From the NCBI GenBank assembly GCA_044892505.1, contig CM097882.1, forward strand, positions 161,200,001 through 161,264,000: a stretch of DNA of 64,000 nt, given 5' to 3'. How positions within the stretch are numbered: the stretch's first letter is position 1; each line of letters begins with the position of its first letter. The position numbers and the translations under genes are program-made. Below the pieces are notes generated by a model. It saw nothing but the letters and a program-made list of their open reading frames with translations, did no database searches and was not told where the DNA came from. Positions 28,385-43,340 of this stretch are shown one piece after another. Source of the stretch: Schmidtea nova. Its lineage: Eukaryota.

Positions 28385-30010
28385 ATATGTTCAAGTAATG
28401 AGCTTTTGCACATAAAAACCATCACAGAATAGGTTCTGCTACTAGGGTTCTGCTCGCAATGTTCTGTTCGCAATGTTCTGCTAGCAATGTTCTGCTACTG
28501 AATAAATTTGAAACAATGTATTTGTAACAATGTATTATGAATGAAAATAAATATTTCAAACATTACAGTAATTTCTACTTTAAAATGAGGTTGAATGCAT
28601 GAAATGTCATCATACTATAGTGCAAATACATGAAATACTCTTTAAATACATGACTTTAGATGCGTCAAATATTATCTTACTATAGTTTGATAACATAGAA
28701 AAAATATATAGAAATCATCAAAATTATACAAAATATTAAAAATAGATTATATTAAATATCATCACAAAGTACATAGAAAATCATCAAAAATACACAGAAA
28801 TTCATCAAATTCACAACAATAATCATTAAAGAAATATCTACATACTAGTGTAATTACATAACAAAATATCTGAAAATATATGTTATATCATCACAAATAT
28901 GAAATATTATCATATACAAAGGATATAATCACATACAAAAGTTCATTACACGTACAAAATATACTATCATATATCAACATACCTTAATGTAACAGTAATA
29001 ATTGTTCAAGTAATGAGCTGTTGCACATAAAAACCATCACAAAAGATGTTCTGATACTAGGGTTCTGCTACTAAATGTTCTGCTAGGTATGTTATGCTAC
29101 AGTATAAAATTAATGAAAGTTATATGAATGGAAATAAATGTTTCAAACATTACAGTAAATTCTACTTTAAAATGAGGTTGAATGCATGAAATATCGTCAT
29201 ACTATAGTGCAAATACATTAAAATACTCACAAAATGATATTAGATACATCAAATATTATCTTACTGTAGTTTGATAACATATTAAAAATAGATCATATAA
29301 AATTTCATCACAAAATACATAGATATTCATGTACAAATTATCACAAAAAAAGAAAAAAATACAAACATACACAAAATATTTTCACAAAATATCACAAATA
29401 CATTAGAAATACATATCAAATATATATGAAATGTCATCACAAAGTATCATTAAATATATGAAATATCATAATTCTATAGCGTAATTACAAGAAAATATCC
29501 ACAAATTCTCACAAATACTATGAAATTCATCAAAAATACATTGAAATTCATCAAATATACATTGAAATTCATCAAACAAGAAATATTCACATAATAATTG
29601 TCATTAAAAGAGTATCAGTAATTGTAATATACTTTCACAATTTGCATGTTACATTGATCGAAGCTCATATGCTAATGATTGTTATTTTAGTACATGTGTG
29701 AATAATAAGCTTTTGCACATAAAAACCATCACAAAAGATGTTCTGTTACTAAAGGTTCTGTTCGAAATGTTCGGCTAGTGGATAAATTTAATGAAAATTA
29801 TACGAGTGACAATAATTTGTTAGAGTAAATTCTACATTAAAATGAGGAAAACCAATAGAGAAAATATTAATTGGTGAAAATATTAGAACAAATGATGCTG
29901 AATGAATTGCAATAAATGTTCGAGTAATAAGCTTTAGCAGATAAAAACCATCACAGAATAGGTTCTGATACTAAATGTTCTGTTCGCAATGTTCTGCTAG
30001 CATGAAATTA
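28385..30010. repeat. Degenerate ~600-bp tandem modules inside the foldback element
   Basis: AGTAAT(G/A)AGCTTT..GCA(C/G)ATAAAAACCATCACA..GTTCTG recurs near 28390, 29005, 29700, 29920 and 31345. Confidence 0.8.
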
Positions 30011-31872
30011 ATATAATAATAAAATGATAGTCTGTGACAAAATAAAATGTTGAAATAGTTATTGGAAATATATAGTCTGTAACAAAAATGTGAAATAATT
30101 ATTGGAAATATATAGTCTGTGACAAAATAATTATTGGAAATACGCACGAAAATAAATTAAAATAATATCAAACTGTACATCATAGTTTTAATTTCTTGTA
30201 AAAACAAAGCGGGTTATCAAAATTCATGTTCTAAATAAAATTTTACAATTTAAAATACCACAACGTAAAATATTTATAAAGTACCACAACGTAATAAAAG
30301 CTGGTATATATCTATTACAATTTTATAAGTAATTCATTTGAGATATAAATAATAATAATTTAGAGGATTTTGTCAGATGTCTAAAAAACTTCAACATTAA
30401 AAACAAAGTATCAAGCAAGATATCCTAAGAAACATATCCATCATAACATATATTCAAGCTTTTTAATAATTTCATCGCAAGATTAAAAATATGGTCTGAA
30501 ATATGACATTAATTATTTTACCTCTTCATATCTTTAAATATTCATATATGTATCTATACTAATGAAATTTTAACTAGGATGATATATAATAAAAACTCGA
30601 TAGCTTTACTGTACATTGACAAAGATTATTTAATTAAAATGTTTATTATTTAATACAACAACAACAACAACAACAACTATACTATACTAATAAAATGTTT
30701 TGAATATTTTTTATTAACTTGCATGTATGTCTTTGTTAACTTGTATCCACATTGCAATGTCTTTGTTAACTTGCATATGTATTGCAATGTCTTTGTTAAC
30801 TTGCATATGTATTGCAATGTCTTTGTTAACTTGCATATGTATTGCAATGTCTTTGTTAACTTGCATATGTATTGTTTTGGATATACAATGTCTCTGTTTN
30901 NNNNNNNNNNNNNNNNNNNNNNNNNNNNNNNNNNNNNNNNNNNNNNNNNNNNNNNNNNNNNNNNNNNNNNNNNNNNNNNNNNNNNNNNNNNNNNNNNNNN
31001 NNNNNNNNNNNNNNNNNNNNNNNNNNNNNNNNNNNNNNNNNNNNNNNNNNNNNNNNNNNNNNNNNNNNNNNNNNNNNNNNNNNNNNNNNNNNNNNNNNNN
31101 NNNNNNNNNNNNNNNNNNNNNNNNNNNNNNNNNNNNNNNATTTGTTAACTAGTATCTGCATTGCAATGTCTTTGTTAACTTGCATATGTATTGCAATGTC
31201 TTTGTTAACTTGCATCTGTATTGCAATGTCTTTGTAAGCATGTTGCTTACACTGCATTGGTACTGTAATGTCTTTGTTAAGGTGTTTTGGCAATGATATG
31301 TCTTTGTTTTATCAAATGATGCTGAATGAAGTTGAATTGTAATTAATGTTCGAGTAATAAGCTTTGGCAGATAAAAACCATCACAAAAGATGTTCTGCTA
31401 CTAGGGTTCTGCTAGTAAATGTTCTGTTCGTGCCTGTGTTTAGTTATTTTAGGAATTTGGCATTGAAATGTCTTTTTTAAGGGGTTTGGCAAGGAAATGT
31501 CTTTGTTTAGTTTTTTGGCATTGAAATGTCTTTGTTATGAAATTTGGCAATGAAATGTCTTTGTTTAGTTTTTGGCATTGAAATGTCTTTGTTTAGTTTT
31601 TGGCATTGAAATGTCTGTTTAGTTTTTTTTTTGGCATTGAAATGTCTTTGTTAATATTGCACATGGTTTTGCTATGTTTTTTGATGACTCATATTTGTGT
31701 TAAAAAAATTTGTGTTAAAAAAAAATTTGAACACATACACACATGAATATGACCATCATACTCAACTTTCAATTACCTTTTGTTTGACACATATTATATA
31801 GTTTTAAAAATTTTGAACCTTGGACCCTTCAAGGGTTGACCATCATACTCAACTCTCAATTACCTTTTGTTT

Positions 31873-31909
<37 letters not shown>

Positions 31910-32360
31910 TATAAGGTTTGAAAGAATTTGAAGGTTTTGACCCCTTGAAGGTTTAGCACCCACCATAGACCATCGAAGGTATGACCATTGTGTGCACATC
32001 TCAATTTCATTTTACTTGATATATAACTTGTAATGTTTAAAATTTTTTGAAGGTTTTGCACCCACCACAGACCTTCGAAGGTATGACCATTGTGTGCACA
32101 TCTCAATTACCCTTTATTTGATATATAACTTGTAATGTTTAAAATTTTTTGAAGGTTTCGCACCCTTTGAAGGTTGAGCGCCCACCATAGACCTTCGAGG
32201 GTATGACCATTGTGTGCACATCTCAATTACCCTTTGTTTGATATATTACACACAACGTTTAAAAAGGGTTGAAGGTTTTGGACCCTTTGAAAGTTGAGCA
32301 CCCACCATAGACCTTCGAGGGTATGACCAGCATACCTACCGGTCAAATACCTTTCGAATG

Positions 32361-32393
<33 letters not shown>

Positions 32394-32616
32394 GGATTGA
32401 AAAAAGTTGAAGGTTTTGCACCCTTTGAAGGTTAAAGACCCTCCTTTAACCATCGAAGGTATGACCAACATACCTACCTCTCAAATACCTTTCGAATGAT
32501 ATATATATTATAAGGATTGAAAAAGGTTGAAGGTTTTGCACCCTTTGAAGGTTGAGCACCCACCATAGACCTTCGAGGGTATGACCAGCATACCTACCTC
32601 TCAAATAGCTTTCGAA

Positions 32617-32677
<61 letters not shown>

Positions 32678-33384
32678 GGTTTGAAAAAGGTTGAAGGTTT
32701 TGCACCCTTTGATGGTTAAAGACCCTCCATAAACCTTCGAAGGTATGACCAACATACCTACCTCTTAAATACCTTTCGAATGATATATATATATTATAAG
32801 GATTGAAAAAGGTTGAAGGTTGTTGAGCCCTTGAAGGTTAAGGACACTCCATACACCTTCGAGGGTATGACCAACATACCTACCTCTTAAATACCTTTCG
32901 AATGATATATATTATAAGGATTGAAAAAGGTTGAAGGTTTTGCACCCTTTGAAGGTTAAAGACCCTCCATAAACCTTCGAAGGTATGACCAACATACCTA
33001 CCTCTTAAATACCTTTCGAATGATATATATATTATAAGGATTGAAAAAGGTTGAAGGTTGTTGAGCCCTTGAAGGTTAAGGACAGTCCATACACTTTCGA
33101 GGATATGACCAACATACCTACCTCTTAAATACCTTTCGAATGATATATATATATATTATAAGGATTGAAAAAGGTTGAAGGTTTTGCACCCTTTGAAGGT
33201 TAAAGACCCTCCATAAACCTTCGAAGGTATGACCAACATACCTACCTCTTAAATACCTTTCGAATGATATATATATTATAAGGATTGAAAAAGGTTGAAG
33301 GTTTTGCACCCTTTGAAGGTTAAAGACCCTCCATAAACCTTCGAAGGTATGACCAACATACCTACCTCTTAAATAGCTTTCGAA

Positions 33385-33455
<71 letters not shown>

Positions 33456-34676
33456 GATTTGAAAAAGGTTGAAGGTTTTGCACCCTTTGAAGGTTGAAGA
33501 CCCTCCATAAACCTTCGAAGGTATGACCAACATACCTACCTCTTAAATACCTTTCGAATGATATATATATATATATTATAAGGATTGAAAAAGGTTGAAG
33601 GTTTTGCACCCTTTGAAGGTTAAAGACCCTCCATAAACCTTCGAGGGTATGACCATTGTATAGACCTCTCCAAGACCTTTCGAATGATACCCTTGTTTGA
33701 AGGTTTGACCTTATTTAACCTTTGGAAATTCAAATTTAAAATTTGAATTTGAAATGAGTCATCGATGACGTCATAAAATTCAAATTTGAAATGAGTCATC
33801 GATGACGTCATAAAATTCAAATTTGAAATGAGTCATCGATGAGTCATAAAATGATGAGTCATCGATGAGTCATAAAAAATTTTCTACCCCCCCTCCCCCC
33901 TCCCGACGTCATTTCAAATTTGAATTTTATGACGTCATCGATGACTCATTTCAAATTCAATTCAGCAATCTCTGTTAAATTAATTTATAGATATTTCAGA
34001 TATTCTCGTTTTTAATTTAAAATTTTTCGCAAAATACACGTGTTTGAGTCAGAAGGATACCCAGCTACATTTTAAGAATATATAATATATTTAAACCGTT
34101 TTTCGGTATAAAGGGGGTTATTAATGGATTCAATGGGTTATTGTAAGTATAGGTATATAAACTATAGAAATTTTATGATACTGGACGTTATAGTTTACCA
34201 GTAGACAATTTTATGTATTCGTGTATGGGTGTTGTTGTTATTGTAATGGATAGTCTAATGATGAAATGCGAATGTTTGTACAAATTCTGGATGTATGATG
34301 CAGACAACTGTTGTGAATGAATTTCTTGTGTGGCTTTTCTGGATGTGTGATGCTACTAGATATTAATGGGTGAAACGATGTTGTGTGTGTATTGTTAAAT
34401 GAATGGATTTTTATGTGGTGTTATATATGGGTGTTACTAATGAATGAAATGGATGTTGGGATTTGCAAAGATGGATGTAAAATTATTTTCGTGATATCGT
34501 GAGGGTATTTATAATATAATATATATTTATATATAAAATATTTTCAGAATTAAAATAATAATAATAATATTTCTAAAAATTTTAAATTTATAATTTATAA
34601 AAATTACATAATAATATAATTTCTAATTTTTATAATACGATAATAAAATTTTGGATTTTAATTTTTATAATTTAAG

Positions 34677-34756
<80 letters not shown>

Positions 34757-37641
34757 AATCATTTTGATTGTAAATTTTTATACAAAAGTTCAAATTTAGA
34801 ATTTTATAAAATAATAAAATTTCCAATATAATAATAAAATTTCTGATTTTTAATAATAGAAAATTTTAATTTATAATTTTACATTCTAATATAAGTTTTG
34901 ATTTATAATTTTACATTTTAGGAAAATCTCGAATTATAATTTTTATACTTGGATTTTTACATAATATAATATCTATAAAAGTAAATTTTTATTTTTATAA
35001 CCAAATTAGAAATTCCATAAAATTTATACACTAATAAAATTTTTATTCACAAATTTCGTAATCTAAATAATTCAATCTAAAAAATTTTATATATTTAATT
35101 TTCTTAAAAAATAAATTCTAAATTTTTACAAAATATATTCCCATGTATGGGTTTCAAAAAATGAGGCAGATATGACATTTCAAGCCGGTTCTTTCACGAT
35201 CATTAATATTCAAAATTCTTTATGCAATCCCTAGAAGTTTTCATCAATAAGGTTCACGATTTTGAGTAAAAATGCAACGATTGCTCTTCGAGTGGTCATC
35301 TACAAGTTTTTAATCGTTTTATTTTTTCGATCGGGTTTGTGAATTCTTTTATCGTAAAATAAAGATGACGTTTATTGAGCGAAGGCGATTGACGAGACGA
35401 ATGTCAATTTCTGATTAATTTTTATTATGTTCACATTTATGTAGTTGTGAGAGCTATGTGATTTAATATAAATTAAAATAACTACAATGTGATAAATAAA
35501 ATGTTCATTTGCGTCTATGAATACTGTTAATGCTGTATATTTTTAGTATAGCTATTTTTATTATTGTTATTATCATTATTATTATTTTTTGTTTGATGTT
35601 ATCGCTACTATTGTGGGCGTCCAGTAGGACACAGGATAACCCTTTTGTTATATGCTTACTAATTATTTCCCCTAAATATAAAATTAAAAATTAAAAATAA
35701 AAATCAATTCCTATAGTAATTAAATTACTATAGGAATTTGAAAAAATTGATTGAAAAATTAATTTAAAAAAAACTGCCTATGAGAATGAAAAACTAAATT
35801 AGAAGAAATAGGGAATTGATTGAAGATTATAAAAATTTAACCAGGACAAAAATGATATACCCGAAAAAGAATCAAATTAAAAAGAAACTAAGAAGCTATC
35901 TCAAGAAAATTTAATGACTATTTATGATTTATGATTTATCCAATCCATGACTAATTATCCACTGTGAGTACCGATTATTCTTTATTTGTTTGGTAAATAA
36001 AAGTTGGTAATAATAATCTTTAATTGATTTGTCATAATACACACCCCCAAGCACGTACACAGCACACACCCCGAGTGTCCCAACATAAATCGGTGACTCT
36101 CTCGGGCTCTTCAGTATCTCCCTTACACAACTCTCATTCATTATCGACACAAATATTAATAAAAAAGCATTTTACTATAAGTCTATCACACAATACACAA
36201 CCACATTCGATATAAAAACAAACTTAACAATTTAACCCTCCATAAACATTTTTTACAAATACCATATCGCATTTTAAAAAATTTAATAGGTTTCTAGACA
36301 TTTATTACTTTGAACATGCCTTGCGCTTGGCCAAACCACTACTCCTCATATAGCCAGGCATGAGATGAAGCGAGATTGAATGTTTGCGCTCACTGCGATG
36401 AAAAAATGGATCAGCACGTTGAAAGAACTTCAACGTACTGATAATTCACCAAAATGACTAATGATGGTACAACAACAAGGTAGACCATCATCAGACGTAT
36501 GGAAATAGTTTTAATAAAAAAATATATAACTATGTATATGATAAATAAATGAATATCAATATAAGCATGTCAGGTTGTGAGAAAATATGACCAAAGTAAA
36601 AATTTAAAACTTGAATAGAAAAATTATAATAATCATTACATATTTTACCATAGGATAATACTTTATCAAACATTGAATAAAAAGGAAAAATCAAATCAGA
36701 ATACCTTCAGCAGGGTAACATGGCATGATTTGCTAGCCTGCATAACATAAAATTCATGGTTCTTACATATTTAAATAGCTTCTCTACTTGGTTCGGATAC
36801 GATTTCTAGAGGATTTTCGAGGGGTTCGTATTCCGAGAATTTTCTAAAACGATTTTAAGAAAATTTATCTCTTTAAAATTTCACTGCTAAAAATGTTTCA
36901 AAATTTTTAGCAACAAAATTCCAGAAATTCTGCAAATTCTGATGAAATTGTAAATTGTATCCATTTTGATGGCGGTATATATAGTTGCTCAAATTTTCAT
37001 TTTTGTTGAGATATTAAAACAAATTGTTCTAGAAGAAATTTTCTGATTCTTGAAAATTAATTTCAATTATTTTACGCAAAATTGAATTATTATTTTTGCA
37101 TAAAATTTTAAATAAATTCTAAATAATTTATTTTTGATCTAAAATTTCATTTTTAAATCAAAGTTTTTCCCATTTTAATTAAATTATCATAATTTCTGAC
37201 TAAAACAATTTTCTTTCATGTTATTCGAATTTTTACAGTAAAATTTGAAAATTTCCTCCCGAAAAAATGTTTATTTTTTCTAGTGTGCTATTCTATTACA
37301 CAATTGATGTTCTCACGCTATAGATGTGTTTTTCAGGTATAAACTCAATGCGCTTTTGTTCGTTTCAATTTTTTGACGTGTTTTGATTGACTATTTCGTG
37401 TGTTCTGTTGCTACTGAGCTGTACTTGATGTTTTAGGTTTGTAGAATTCCAAATCTACTTCTTGCGCGCTTTCTACATATTATAAATTTCAAGTCTATTT
37501 CCTCCCGCGCTCTCTACATTTTATAATACCGCGCTATTTAAACAAATCTCAGTTTTTGCCCAACAATATATAGGTAAAGAAAATGTATTTTGTTTTAAAA
37601 ATCCATTATTGTTTAAGTATATTTTTGCGAACATTCGAAAA

Positions 37642-38703
37642 ATGCCTCTGGAAACTATTCAATACCGTAGCATTATTCGCTTTCTTTTCTGAAAGGAAAA
37701 AATAGAGAAGAGGTTCTTTCTGAACTGAAAGCTGTTTACCAACAAGAGTGCCCATCCACAGCAACAATTTATCGTTGGTTCGATTACTTTCAGAGTGGTA
37801 GAACCTCCGTGGTGGACGAAGAAAGATCTGGAAGACCCTCAGAAATTGATGAAAAAATAACGCAAAAGCTGCAGACAATCGTGCAAAACGAGAGAAAAAT
37901 AACGACGAGAGAGCTCACAACCTGTCTAAATGTGAGCAAAAACACTGTGCATACTCTCCTCACTGAAAGTGGTATTCGAAAACTATGTTCCCGTTTTGTG
38001 TCACGCTTCTTAACGGTGGAAATGTGATAACGACGCTTGGAATGCTGCTTGGAGAATCTGCAGATCAGGACCAATGTTGGAGACCGTTTCATTGATAATA
38101 TCATCACTGTGGACGAGACACCGTTGTACCTTTATGTCCCACAATCTAAAAGAGAGCCTGAAGAATGGAAACTGCCAGGAAAAAGCAGCTCACTGAAAAT
38201 TCGGTCCTCAACTTGCCCCCGAAAGGCTCTCATGCTGATGGTGTTTTGGGACGCCAATGGCGTTATTCTGACTGACTTTGCTGAATCCGGCATGAAGATC
38301 AATAGTTCTTACTACTCCAACATCGTGCAGCAAGCAAGGAAGGCACGACGCAAGAGCAGAGTGTGTGATCTCAACTTTTACACGATAATGTTCCCATCCA
38401 CACCAGCAGCGTTTCCATGGCCAAAATTGAGCGTTGCGGGCTCAATTTGCTTCCCCATCCACCATACAGCCCCAATTTGGCTCCCTCCGAATTTTGCTGT
38501 TTAACCATCTTAAGAAGCATCTACGGGGCTATGTGTTTGCCAACAAACATGATTTGAGAGCAGCCGTGGAGAGTTTTCTGGGAGAAAAGCCTCAAGAATT
38601 CTTCAAAAACGCCTCCGAAAATCTCGTTATTTGCTGGGAAAATTGTGTCAGTGCAGAAGAAAATATTTTGAGAAATGATGCCTATTTACCATGCTTGTTC
38701 TAA
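37642..38703 (+). pseudogene. Mariner transposase pseudogene
   Basis: DEERSGRP, ITVDET, LMVFWD, HDN, HPPYSPNLAPS; several frameshifts and stops. Confidence 0.95.
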
Positions 38704-39744
38704 ATACAAAGTTTTGTGTTGATATCTTAAGTCTTTCTATTTTAGTCTCACGACTTATTGGGCACACCACGTATTTGTGTGAAGATAATATTCCAGCAAT
38801 GGTGACTATAAAAAACATTATAATTTTAACTTGTTATAGACTTTATCCCTGATCACACTTTTATATATTAATCTAGTTTGTATTTTATTTATAAAGTGAA
38901 TATTTACAACCCCAACAAGTGTTGGTATGCGAGTAGTGTATAAGTTACACAATGCACTGTATTTCATAATTTAATAAATATCAGGCTGTTGTCTGAATTT
39001 CATTAAAGTAAAGCTATTCATTGAATTTGGTTTAATGAGGTTTCTTTTTTTATTGTGCTACAAAGAAATAAATATGTAAACATTAAAATATTAAATACAC
39101 CAAAGGGCATAAATTAAGGACCAGACTGGCAACAATTAAAGTATCTATAATAACAAATTAAATTATATATAGAAAAAATATACGTACCTACTGCAGATAA
39201 AGACAAAGATGAAAGCACAGTTATAAATTACGGGTCTATACTGTAGAAGAGAAGAAAAATAAATTTGCGCAAAAAACATACACAACACATAAAAACCCTA
39301 AAATAAAAAATACAAACACATGGACATAACTTAAGTGACAATCTTTAATTACGAGATTTTAAAATTAAAAAATAAAATGATTTATGAAGACATTTTAGAA
39401 ATTTCGTCGGAATCAACCATGCCATTTATAGGAAAACAACAAGGAGAAATTTCAATCTAAAATTATATTAAAAAATTAAAAAAAAAAGTTTTTGAAATGC
39501 AGAAAATGAAGTTATTATGTCTCAAACAGCCGAACCTGTAGTAGGGAAACAACGAAAAACGTAAAATAAATATGAATTTTTAATTTTTAACCTAATTTTT
39601 CATAGATATACAGAATATGACAAAAATCCTAATTGAAAGAAAAATTGAAAGAAAATCCTAATTAAAGAAAATATTTATCCACATCTAATATTATAGAAAA
39701 ACCACCACATACCCAGAGTCAAATAATATGCAGATTATAGTATA

Positions 39745-40453
39745 CACCTTATTCTGTTTTTACACGAATTTGATTTAACACGAATTAAAAAGAATTTTTC
39801 TTTCTCTTTTTACACGAATTGCTTTGTGTTAACACGATTTTTAATATTCTATGAATTTTTTTTGATGTTCTATTATTTTTTTTTTATTTTTTTTTTTCAC
39901 AAATTATGTATATATATATTTTAACTTCGCATTATATTCTTCAGAATTCAGTTAGATTATGTCTATTATATGCGTATTTTTTATCTTTGGGTGGGATTCC
40001 CCAAAATATACATAAAGTTAAAACACAATGTACTTTGTATGCAATTTAGTTAATAATTTCCCAAGACGATGAACAAAATAATTCAAGTGATAGCAGTGAT
40101 ATCGCAGTCTTATGAAAACGTATACGTGTGTCAGAAAATGACAATGAATAAAAATTTGTTATGTTTATATTATTTTTACTTTTTTTATATTAATGAATTT
40201 CTGATATTGTTTTCTTTTTTCAAAATCATACTTTATTTTTTATATAATATATTTAATAAATTAAAATGTGTAAATTAAAATGTGAACTCTAACAAAGATT
40301 TTTTAATATTTATTATTATACTTTTGTTTGTTTATTGTACTTTTGTTGCTATTTTAGGTATTGAACCAATCTATTATTTTTCCATTCAGCCAATATCTTT
40401 TTTTACACGAATTTTTTAGGAACGTATCTATCGTGTAAAAACAATATTAGGTG
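39745..40453. mobile_element. pogo/Tigger-type MITE
   Basis: TIRs CACCTTATTCTGTTTTTACACGA / TCGTGTAAAAACAATATTAGGTG with TA flanks. Confidence 0.75.
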
Positions 40454-41039
40454 TATTATAGTAAGTATTCATTATAGTTTCGCATGATATTGATTCGGTA
40501 AATTATAAAATTGAACTAAGATATTAAGCAACTCTTAAAATGTTTCAATAATAAAAAACTCAATTCTAAAAATTTAATTTTTAGTATTTTCTTTTACATT
40601 AGAATTTGCCAAGAGATTTAAATTTTTGAATTGTTAGTAATTGATAATAATATGTGAATGTACATTTAGTATTTAATTATCCAACTAATCAACCGTTTTA
40701 AAACTACTGAAATTCTAAGAGAAAGGAAAGCAATAACTTTGGAAATTAAAATTTTGGACAGATCAGGTAAAGGGGATGACCCAACCGCATTTGGGAGATT
40801 TTGGATTAGGAGAATTCATCGAGCTATTAAAGGCAAGGAAATTAAAATAAGAGATGCAATTACAGCACGGACATCAACTTCTTAAATCAGACCCTAGAAA
40901 TCCATTATTTGAAAAAATGTTGATGATAAAATTAAACTCAACATACCTTTAGATCGAAATGCGATTCGTCTTAAAGTCGTACGTATTTATAGCCATCTAA
41001 AAATAATGAGTCACTCCCTTCGGCCAGTCAAACATCGGA

Positions 41040-41300
41040 TTTTTGGGTAGCAAAGGTTGGCTCGAAAATTTAAAAAAAAAGATTTTCTTACAAAATTTAA
41101 AATTAACCAAGGAAACCGGATCAGGTGATGAGGAAGCTTAATGATTGTTTCCTCCTAAGCTTCAAGAAATTATTGAAAATGAAAAATATGTTGCTCATCA
41201 AATATTTATTACCTATGAAACAGACTTATTATGGAAGAAAATGCCAAAGCGAATCTATATCTCAAAGGAAGAAAAAAGCCCAAGATTTTAAGGTACCTAC
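41040..41300 (+). pseudogene. Tigger/pogo transposase fragment
   Basis: SKGWLENFK ... QEIIENEKYVAHQIFITYETDLLWKKMPKRIYISKEEK. Confidence 0.8.
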
Positions 41301-41379
41301 TCATCCATATTTCTCAATGTATAGAAATAAGAAAACAGTTAGAGATGCAAGAGTTGAAAACAGCTGAACAAATTTAAAC

Positions 41380-42508
41380 AACAATTAATAAAACTGAAAA
41401 AACTAAACAGAACGGTAGAATTCATCATCATCATAACAAACAACTCGAGAAGCTACAGTGAAGTTACCAACAAGGTGGAATGCAAAGAAGATTATACGGA
41501 AAAGAACAAAGAAGATAAATAAGAGTAAAATGCTGGAATTGTCAAGAATGGGACATATAAGAAACCAGTACGCTATGAAATGGGAAATTAAATTTAATAT
41601 ATGTGGAAAGCAGGGCCCATATGAAGAGGATATCCGAAAATAGTGTGTGAAAAAGGCACATTAAATGGTCATAAAGAAGCCAAATGTCCAACCAATTTAA
41701 ACAAGATAAATAAAAGAATGAATCATAACAATTCGCGGAACAACTATAATATTAATTATCATAATCAAAGACAAAGGCAAAGGAACTAATTACAAGAGAA
41801 TGAATTGGCAATTAAATGAATGAAGATAAAAATCACTATATATAGATGAGAATATAGAAGAATGTAGTCATAGTAACTGCCTAATAGAGAAGGCTTCGGT
41901 CAAAGAGACGATGATCCGAGCATTAAACTAAAAAACTCAAATATCAGTATGATGTATTAAAGGGTTAAAATAATATATGATTGGACAGCATGATAGTATG
42001 AATGTGAATAAAAATGTGAATAACGAAATCCAGTAAAATATAAAAGAGAATAATAGAATTGTTGAAAACGTGTATAAATTCTTTAAAAAATAAGACATTT
42101 GGATAAATGAGATAAAGGATGGTAAGGACGAGGGGAATGGAATATCTGAAGGAATGTGAAAAAAGACAGAAATAAAATATGATAAAATGCAAGGCAGACC
42201 GAGTATAAATGTACACGGATGTATGATAGACCGATTATTGGATACAAGAGCGCGAGTAAATGTTATTACAAAAGTGCTGATAGACAGATTAGAAAATGTA
42301 GAAATCGTTGGAACAGATGAATCTTTAAAATGTGTAAATAATAGCAGATGGAAACGATGGAAGATAAATATTATAATTAAAATAGGAAATATAATAAAAC
42401 AAGTTACATTCAGTGTAGTAAAAATTGTTGTGCCAGAAATAATAGGACAATATATAGTATTCGGAATCATACTGATACTAATAGAAAATAAAGAAGAAAG
42501 GACGGAAC

Positions 42509-42567
<59 letters not shown>

Positions 42568-43340
42568 CATGTCAGACTAGTGGGACAATTGGTGTATAGA
42601 TATTTTAGAACATAAAATACAGCAAACGGAGAAACAATAATGATAAAACCAAGAAGGCAACCGATAGTTTTAGAAGGAAAAATAGATGAGACTATCAAAA
42701 CTTTAGAAGTTAACGGAACTTTTAGGAAATGTAACATTCAGTGAAATTCACCATTGTTGTGTATGAAAGAAATAGATAAAGTATATCAGGCTGTGTCTAG
42801 ATTTTATACAGTTGAACTAAATCGCAGAAAGACTATCATTTCCGATGAGGATGTAGATGACAGTTTGAACTCATTACTTGCATCCAAATATTTTAGCTCT
42901 ATAGATCTTGGAAACGCCTTTTATAAGGTAAAATTAGGGAAGGATTCATAAGAAAAGAAGGACCGTATTGTTTTAATTGTAGACCGTTTGCGATTGCCAT
43001 GGCCCCAGAAACGTTCCAAATATTAATGACAAAAAATACTAAAAGATTTACGGAAAGATAATATACTGACGATATACTGATATTTACAAGAACGACAGAC
43101 GAACACTACCAAACTCCAATCAGGGTCCTAAATAAAATCAGAATCGCAAAATTAAGAATATCACAAGAAATACCAGATATTAAAAGAAAGAAGTGTAGTT
43201 TTGGGCCATGTAATAAATAGTGAAGGCATTTAGATAGACATAAGTAATGTTGAAGCTGTCCAAACGTTCAAAAATCTAAATGCATATATAAATGTAAGGA
43301 GTTTGCTAGGCATTTGCAATCACATTGCAATGCAAATAAA
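41380..43340 (+). mobile_element. Heavily decayed Ty3/Gypsy gag-pol remnant
   Basis: Broken knuckle ICGKQG (~41600), protease LLDTRARVNVI (~42235), RT YFSSIDLGNAFYKV (~42885), YTDDILIF and LGHVINSEG. Confidence 0.85.

Larger units (their letters stand above)
24886..33960. mobile_element. ~9-kb foldback / non-autonomous Polinton-like element with long, internally repetitive inverted arms
   Basis: 24950-26696 is the reverse complement of modules in 30700-33880, and the left end starts AGTAGGTAG. No transposase, polB or TSD found; ends are approximate. Confidence 0.6.
23885..37565 (-). mobile_element. Solo LTR of a related giant Gypsy subfamily (~4.6 kb excluding its own insert)
   Basis: Starts TGGTGGG, ends CCCAACA, with a 4-bp TSD ATAT (23881-84 / 37566-69). 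Blocks are collinear with 17098-20964. Confidence 0.88.
23799..38771 (+). mobile_element. Mariner (DD34D) element split by a 13.7-kb insertion
   Basis: 30-bp TIRs at 23799-23828 and 38742-38771 (29/30 match) with TA flanks. Removing the insert leaves ~1.29 kb. Confidence 0.93.

Noticed and set aside
16147-31293. ORF-track entries containing X runs
   Set aside because: They read through N gaps (16313-16797, 26697-27089, 30900-31139).
24897-33820. ORFs inside the ~120-bp and 30-nt arrays (e.g. MQNLQPFS..., MSLLTCIC...)
   Set aside because: Repeat-derived and frame-dependent on (TA)n length.
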